Assembly (NCBI GenBank): GCA_010909165.1
Contig: VJWM01000416.1
Coordinates: 1 to 13,499 of the forward strand
Length of the DNA stretch: 13,499 nt
Direction of reading: 5' to 3'
DNA from: Anthoceros angustus
Lineage: Eukaryota > Plantae > Anthocerotophyta
Part shown: piece after piece, positions 7,463 through 13,499 of the stretch
Numbering within the stretch: position 1 is the first letter of the stretch
Layout of the letters: the number at the start of each line of letters is the position of its first letter
The notes under the pieces: model-generated
What the model saw: only the letters and a program-made list of their open reading frames with translations
Databases searched by the model: none
What the model was told of the DNA's origin: nothing
Program-made: the position numbers and the translations under genes

Positions 7463-9231
7463 ATGGACGCAGACGAGGGCGGGAGGGTTCGCTGGAGCGC
7501 GCTGCCGCCGCTGCCGCTGCTGCCACCACGGGCAGCGCCGTCATGGCGGAGCAGGGCCCCGGACTCGTGGGAGATGGCCGATCTGGTGGACAACTTGGCG
7601 GCCGCGACGCTGCGGAAGCAGGAGGAGCACGCCGCTTCCGGCGGGGTTTGGACGGCAAGAGCCCTGGCTCGGACGTCAAGCCGGGTGACGGCGATGGCGT
7701 CGTGACACGCAGCGTGGAGCAGGTGGACAGCTTCCTCCGGGAGGCGCTGCAGAACCCCGACCGGCTTACCAGTGAGTTTCCTGCGGTTCGAACGTTTTCT
7801 GACTCGTGTGCGGGGTTTGCTTGGCTTGGCGTGGCTTGTGAGTGTTGTCTGATGACGCGGAGTCGTTGCATGCCAGTTTTGAGGCTGGAGCAGGAGGTGG
7901 AGAGGTTTATACGCAACCCGAAGTTGCAGCAACTGGACTTCCAGCCTATGCCGTCGTCGTACTTGCGGCTGGCTGCGCACAGAGTGGCTCAGCACTATTT
8001 TCTTCAGTCTATGGTGGTTGACAGCGGATCTATGGAAGGGAGCAGGATTATCGCTAGGAAGACGGGGGAGACGAGGTATCCTGCTATCCGGTTGGCGGAC
8101 ATTCCGGTGGACTTGCCGGCGGAGGAGAAGTTTGTGTCGCAGCCTGTGGCGAAGCTTGCTATAAAGCAGAGGCCGCATAGAGGGGGGAGAGCAATTGGGG
8201 ATAGTATCGGCGGGGGTGGATATGGTGGCAGGTTGAACCCGTCCAAGTCCGTGGAGGAGCGGAAGAGGAATATAACAAGGCTCGTGCGGATTTTCTGCAG
8301 GGAGAACGGAGGGAAGGGTTCTGACGATGAGGGACTTGGGCTTGAGCCTTTTCAGCCGGTGGAGCTGCCCGTACCGGCGGAAACTGCAAAACCGGAAGAG
8401 AGAGAGTGTATGTTGAGGATGCACGAGATACGGGTGCAAGAGGCTTGGTGGAGAACGGGGCCGTGGGAGCTAGGAGTAATGGTAATGGGAAAGTTGAGAA
8501 GGAGAACAGCGGCAGGATGAAGTATAGCACTCGGGTTGCGATTTTCCGGGACCGTGAGAAGGATAGGAGAGATCCAGACTATGACCGTAATTTTGACAGG
8601 TATCTCTTTCCTCTTTCTTGTGTGTTGTTGAGAACGTGTTCTATTTGTATCAAGGATGCCTCAGAGATGATTTATGGCCATGCCTGACCTGTAGTTATGT
8701 GCTTCTTCAGGTACTCCCAGCGGTTTGACCCAGGTTTTGGGGTGAATGTTCAGCCCTTTGGTGTGCAGCCTATCTATGCCCCCCTGGCTAACTATAACAC
8801 AGAGTTTCCTCAGCTTGGAGGTATCCAAAGGCCTCCGATGGTCATGGACGCCCCTCTTCCTCCTCCTCTCCCACAGCACATGAGGGCACCTTGGGGTAAT
8901 CCTGTGGCTTCTTTGGGTTTCAGACCTGGAGACGCCCACATGGGACCATACAATCCGGGCCATATTGCTGCACATTCCTCTGTTATGTACATGCCTGGTC
9001 CTCAATATGGTTATCCAGGCCCTAATATGGCCTATATGCATCCTCCACATGACCACTTTCAGCAACCTCTTACTCAGGTAGGGTTGGTGACACGAATGTT
9101 TAGTGTACTGCAGTGAATGATGACGTTGTCCAGTTCCACTCAGGGTGTCAAGTTCTGATCTGGCATTGTTTGCTTCCCAGCCACATCAACAGCAACCTGA
9201 TTCCGGTTTCAGCCAGGCCCCCTGTCGTTAA
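7463..9231 (+). CDS. R3H- and SUZ-domain RNA-binding protein (plant type). Exons 7463-7771, 7877-8599, 8711-9077, 9181-9231; several apparent 1-2 nt deletions in this sequence
   Basis: Conserved blocks: PDSWEMADL; VDSFLREALQNP-DRLT|ILRLEQEVERFIRNPKLQQLDFQPMPSSYLRLAAHRVAQHYFLQSMVVD (R3H, RxxxH); YPAIRLADIP; KSVEERK(E)EYNKARA(R)IF (SUZ); RVAIFRDREKDRRDPDYDRNFDR|YSQRFDPGFG; NYNTEFPQLG. Canonical GT-AG introns at 7772-7876, 8600-8710 and 9078-9180 have compatible phases. Stop TAA 9229-9231. The start (ATG 7463 vs 7543) is less certain. Confidence 0.9.
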
Positions 9232-9559
9232 AGACAGGGCCCGGCCTGCTCCTGCCAGCATTCTCGCACCAGATCACAGGGCTGAAGCCTTGTAACATTT
9301 CAAACATAGAATCTGGTGCACGTTTTTTAAGAGCAGTTGACTTTCATATATGCTAACAGAATGCTGGCGGGAAATAGCAGGCAAGCACTGAGGGGCTTGC
9401 AGGAGCTTGGAGTTGTGAGCTTGGCAAATATCTTCTGAGGATTGTTGCATATATCAGTACTGGCTTACCCTGTGCAGCCTGGGCCTAGTTCCACATTATA
9501 CCCATGTGTGTGGCTGCCACCTGATATCCACCAATGCTCATCATTATTAAACCCCCAGT

Positions 9560-11018
9560 GTTAGGTGTTTGGTAGGGAGTCTGCGCCTGTGAAGCAGACA
9601 AGCTGTTTGGATTGTTGCCTCCAAGATATTGTGGATACCCCCCTCCTCCGCAAGCTCTTGGTAGTGGATGTGAAGAGATCCCGGGAGCCCTGGGCTCTAG
9701 TGGGATATGTGGCCTCTCGATCACTGCCGCGTTCTGAACTTGTTGGTGAACTCCACGGTAAGTGACAGCATCTGGATGCATTGACTTGTACGCTGCCTTT
9801 TGCATAGGTCGAAAGTTCTTTGCGTTTGAGGTTGTGGTTGACCATGCTTGTTTTTGTGCAGATGTGTCGGAATATATGAGACAGATGTAGTAGTTTTCGC
9901 AATGTTTCGGCATCAGTCGGAACAGATGTCCAGCCTTTCAGACATGAAGATCCTGACGAAATTGTGAGTAGCATTTTCAATGTGTCTGTGACAAAGTATT
10001 TCAAGGTTTGGTCGGGTTAACTCTCACAGACTTGCTCGTGCCAGCGTCTTGACAGGAACATGGCTCGTATGCGTACGGCTCGTTCCCAGAGTGGCACCCA
10101 GGAAAACAATCTAGTGTACGTAGCTTGTCCTCACTCTTTGCCGTGATGTGCCTGCCATTCAAAGCCAGAGAACAACAGGTCTCTGAAAGTTCTTTTTGTG
10201 CGGGTGTCGCCGTTCCCCTCACCCACCTCGTTGCATGTTGCATGCTACATGCTGCATGCAGGTGTGTCCTCCTCCGGTGAGAGCCACCTGGCGCTTGACC
10301 ACTGCAGGCCTGCCAGAAGACCGTCCTGGTTGGCTTGGTCAAGACAACTCTCTTCCGACACCTCTTGGATGCACCTCTCTTGGTACCTAACTCGGACTCT
10401 GAGATACGCAGTTATACGATGAAAGTGGGTTGCGCCAGCCTTTGGCTTGTCGGTTGTCAGACCATTACTACGTATGTATATCTAAGGCCTTTTCGGTTCA
10501 TTTTTCCTACGTGTGAAGAGTTCGATTCATTTTACGTTTCCCCTGTTGGGTGCGCACCGCCTACCCTCATCTGAAACGACCTCTACCCTGAAACAAATAC
10601 GTATCGACGCTGGTAACTTGACTTGTGTTGGTGTATCTTATCGTCCTCGTCTTGCCTGCCTTCATAGCTACAGCGGCTCGCGTGAGCTACCTTCGCAGGT
10701 CGTGAGCCCCTAGAAGTTACTTCCGCATGTAGAGCTTCACTGTGAGGCACCTTCTTTTTAGAATCTAGAGCGAGACATAAACACCGGGAACATGAGCCTA
10801 GAGGCCGGCATGGTGTCCACGAGCAAACTGGCAACTAGCCCTACTACTACGAACTCAGTAGGTGTAAGCCACCCTCGCAGTAGAGCTTCCTGGTAGGCTA
10901 TCTTATGGATATTGATCGTGCGTGCAGGATATTCTGGAACTGTCGCTCCGATCAAGCCTCACGCCTCTCTGTCTTGTGGAGTTATCTGCTACACTTGTTC
11001 TGTGAACAAAGATTCTCG
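9560..11018 (+). other. Chain of small putative + strand exons of unknown identity (FEX 5' extension or leader, separate gene, or spliced 3' UTR of the R3H gene)
   Basis: Paired donor/acceptor motifs giving host-like introns: 9758-9861 (gtaagt...gtgcag), 9964-10029 (gtgagt...cacag), ~10114-10178, ~10204-10261, 10383-10460, ~10862-10927 and 11019-11091. No protein family recognised. Confidence 0.4.
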
Positions 11019-11091
11019 GTGCGGTGTTGGAGTCGTCGGTGAGAACGCGTTTCAATTTTCAGCCAACTGCTTGCATTCACCTCCTTGCCAG

Positions 11092-13282
11092 ACAGCGCGG
11101 AAGGCGACTCGCAACGGCAGTGAGTCTAGACGGGGCGAGAGGTCTGCATCATAGCCTTCCAAGCGCGCAATTCGATGCTTCCTGGATCCTTCGCACAACG
11201 GGCAGGTTGAGAGGAGTGATGGATCGGTGCAGCACTGCTTGGATGAGTCGAGGCATGCAACAAACGCGTCTCATGAGATTGTAGTGGATCTCGATTGAGC
11301 ACTTGGGGACAAGTGGCCAGCTACTCCAGGACCTTTATGGCTCAAATTGCGGACCAGGAATTAGCTGAGAGCGGTGATTTGGAATTGGCAGGTACCGGGC
11401 CAAGCTTTGGGAAGGTTTTCAGGCAGCTTCAGGCGTTCTTTTGGAATACCACGGCTGTCTGTGGACGAGGAGGATCAGCTAGAAGCCACTGCCGGCGACT
11501 CTGGCCGTCTCGACACCAGGAGCGACGGAGGTTACTCTTCTGGTCCCATCTCTAGGGTATGGCCAGCCACAAGCAACGAGGCCTTTGCGCCACCTCCGCT
11601 GCCGACCCTGGCTCAAGGATTATCCGACGCCGCACCATCCGCTCAACGAATCAGGGTCGCTGATGGAGACGAGGCTGTCCGGTCCAGGAGGGTGGATGAT
11701 GAGCAACCGCAGCAGGCGTCAGCTCTGCAACCACAACCTGCGGTGAGGACAGGTTTCTCCGAGTTCGCACCGCCGCGTTTTGCTGGCACCTTTGTTTTAT
11801 TCAACAATTTCAAGTCTGTCCTTCGGACTGACACTGTCGCCTTTCCTGCCCTGTCAGGTTGATGCACGCAAGTTGCCTCCAATCCCTCAATACCTATCGA
11901 CCCTTGCTCATCTCGCCGTGTTCGGGATGCTAGGGGTAAGTCACTGGTTTCGTTAAGTAAATACGTTGCTAACGGGAGAGGGTTTGCCTGCTGGGAGGAA
12001 TATGGGATGGTACTCGTTACCAGGTGCCTGAACGGTAGTATGACAACCTTGAGCTATGCTTTTACGTCATCACGTGGTTGTGGCTGAATTGCAGGTGCTC
12101 ATAAGATACGGACTGCAAATTTTGTTTGGCCCGAATGTGGCCGATGTCACTGGAGATAGGAGTGCACTTTTCACTGATTTGCCGGCAAACATGGTGTGTA
12201 TTTTGGGATTCTGTGGTTCACCTGTTGGTATTCAGGTTGTTGTTGATGGTTTTCTTGCCTTTCGCAGGTTGGGTCCTTTTTCATGGGATGGGTAGGAGTC
12301 ACTTTGAAGACGCATATTTCACGTTACTCGGAGATCTTGGCTGTCGGCTTATCAACTGGACTCATGGGCAGCATTACCACGTTTGCATCCTGGAACCAGC
12401 ACATGGTTGAACTACTCACTGGGGGCCGCTGGGTCCATGCTCTTGTCGGCATTCTAATTGGTATATTCCTCTTCACGCTCATGAATTCGGTTATTGTGGC
12501 GAAATCTGACAGCATGGTGTTGGTCTATCCAAGGTATGCAGCTATCATGGATGTGTCTCATTTTCGGCATGGACTCTGCGAGGGCACTGCTGTTAGGCTT
12601 CATCCACTGTTTGCAAGGGAAGACGCCTGAGAAGGATGTGAGAAAGCTGCAAAGGAGTGCAGAAGACCACCTTGCCCGCAGATGGATTTTTGCGTCCTTC
12701 TCACTTCTAGCGGGTGGTATGTCGGTGGCATCTGCGGTTCTCACCCTGCTGCATGAGGATCAAAGAAAACTCTGGCTGGCTTGCATGGTGGCACCTCTTG
12801 GTGTCTGGACAAGGTGGCATCTTGCCCGGCTGAATGGTCAGGGCGTCGGACCAAAGCATTGGATTAAATGGTTGCCCGTTGGCACTCTCTTGCCAACGTC
12901 ATTGCGTCATGGTTGGATGCGAGCCTGGGCACCGTGGGAGTTGTGGTAAGTCTTGAGAAACCGCCACTGTCGCTCCTCAGATCGATTCATTATTCAGCTG
13001 TAAAGGTTTTACGGACATAATTCTCACGGCCTTGGCCTATGTTTCAGGTCAATAATGGGGATGCTACCCTAGTGACGGGAGCTCTGCAGCTTGGACTCAT
13101 GGGATGCATGAGCACCGTCTCCACAGTTGTGGTTGAGGTGCACATGATGCACCAAGGAGACAGGCCTGGCGTGCCTACGCCTACATTGTTTATCTATCGC
13201 GTGTTCTCTCCTGCCCTGCATCCTAATTTATTCACTCCCTCTATGGAGCCTGGACCTCGTCTCGAGAAAACAACAATTATAA
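11092..13282 (+). CDS. FEX: Fluoride export protein (two CrcB/Fluc domains). Exons ~11092-11742, 11858-11935, 12095-12193, 12268-12460, 12534-12945, 13048-13282; 5' end uncertain; apparent frameshift errors
   Basis: Spliced translation: YLSTLAHLAVFGMLG|VLIRYGLQILFGPNVADVTGDRSALFTDLPANM|VGSFFMGWVGV...LAVGLSTGLMGSITTFASWNQ (first CrcB domain, GxxGxxTTFS-like); LWLACMVAPLGVWTRWHLARLNGQG...WLPVGTL(L)ANV; LQLGLMGCMSTVST (second domain); (P)WRAYAY...IYSLPLW; TAA 13280-13282. GT-AG introns at 11743-11857, 11936-12094, 12194-12267, 12461-12533 and 12946-13047 have compatible phases. The N-terminal ESGD and RLSVDE motifs resemble the cytosolic tail of plant FEX. Confidence 0.93.
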
Positions 13283-13429
13283 TGGTCGCGAGGACTTTTA
13301 CGCCTTTGGCCTCACCTCAAAAGAAGCTGCAGTTGAAGCACCATTTCGCAGCCGAACCTCCACCAAACAAATGACAAAAGAAGGGGTGCAAGCGGCACAA
13401 ATGAGTTCACCGATCGTGCACCTTCCGAG

Positions 13430-13498
13430 TCATGTTCGACTTTTCTTCGACTTCCTCAGGCTATCTACTTGTTTCCTCTTCTTCGAAGGCTCCACTTC
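13430..13498 (-). CDS. Possible C-terminal end of a convergent neighbouring gene (…EVEPSKKRKQVDSLRKSKKSRT*)
   Basis: The minus-strand frame is open from the window edge to TGA (plus-strand tca 13430-13432). The peptide is Lys/Arg-rich and NLS-like. Only 22 codons are visible. Confidence 0.35.
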   Translation of the reverse strand, partial: EVEPSKKRKQVDSLRKSKKSRT

Positions 13499-13499
13499 C

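Noticed and set aside
7351-8439. 362-aa minus-strand ORF (also 7410-7916 and 8159-8530 on the minus strand)
   Set aside because: Antisense shadow of the GC-rich R3H/SUZ exons. It is Arg/Pro/Ser-rich with no recognisable domain, while the + strand carries the conserved motifs and splice sites.
9485-10004. Overlapping minus-strand ORFs of 142 and 147 aa
   Set aside because: No recognisable domain, and the clearest splice-site pairs in this interval are on the + strand. Not fully excluded without stranded RNA data.
10231-10260. CATGCA (RY-like) repeats
   Set aside because: A low-complexity tract inside a predicted intron, with no evidence for a regulatory role.

Overview
Eukaryotic, land-plant-type genomic DNA with short GT-AG introns; the compact genes suggest a non-seed plant, which is inference. 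The window has three main parts. (1) Positions ~2970-6180 (+) hold a decayed, intron-rich gene whose spliced centre (3719-4860) carries, in order, the motifs of a tyrosine recombinase of the Crypton/DUF3504 type: FGVRGGEEL, YLRYQER..KNYK, WY, YTNK-CR.TMITRL, SHK, YGR. No reverse transcriptase is recognisable, so it is best read as a Crypton-like DNA transposon relic, a group I know from fungi, animals and stramenopiles but not as characterised in land plants. A T-rich, apparently spliced region (1-2969) precedes it, and a ~150-bp nested foldback (6748-6898) follows it. (2) A 4-exon R3H/SUZ-domain RNA-binding protein gene lies at 7463-9231 (+). (3) A two-CrcB-domain fluoride exporter (FEX) gene lies at ~11092-13282 (+), preceded by an unexplained chain of small + strand exons (~9560-11018). 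Both host genes show many inferred 1-2 nt deletions in homopolymers or short repeats but no nonsense substitutions in conserved exons. This points to consensus-sequence errors rather than pseudogenisation. All protein-family calls come from motif recognition by eye, not from database searches.
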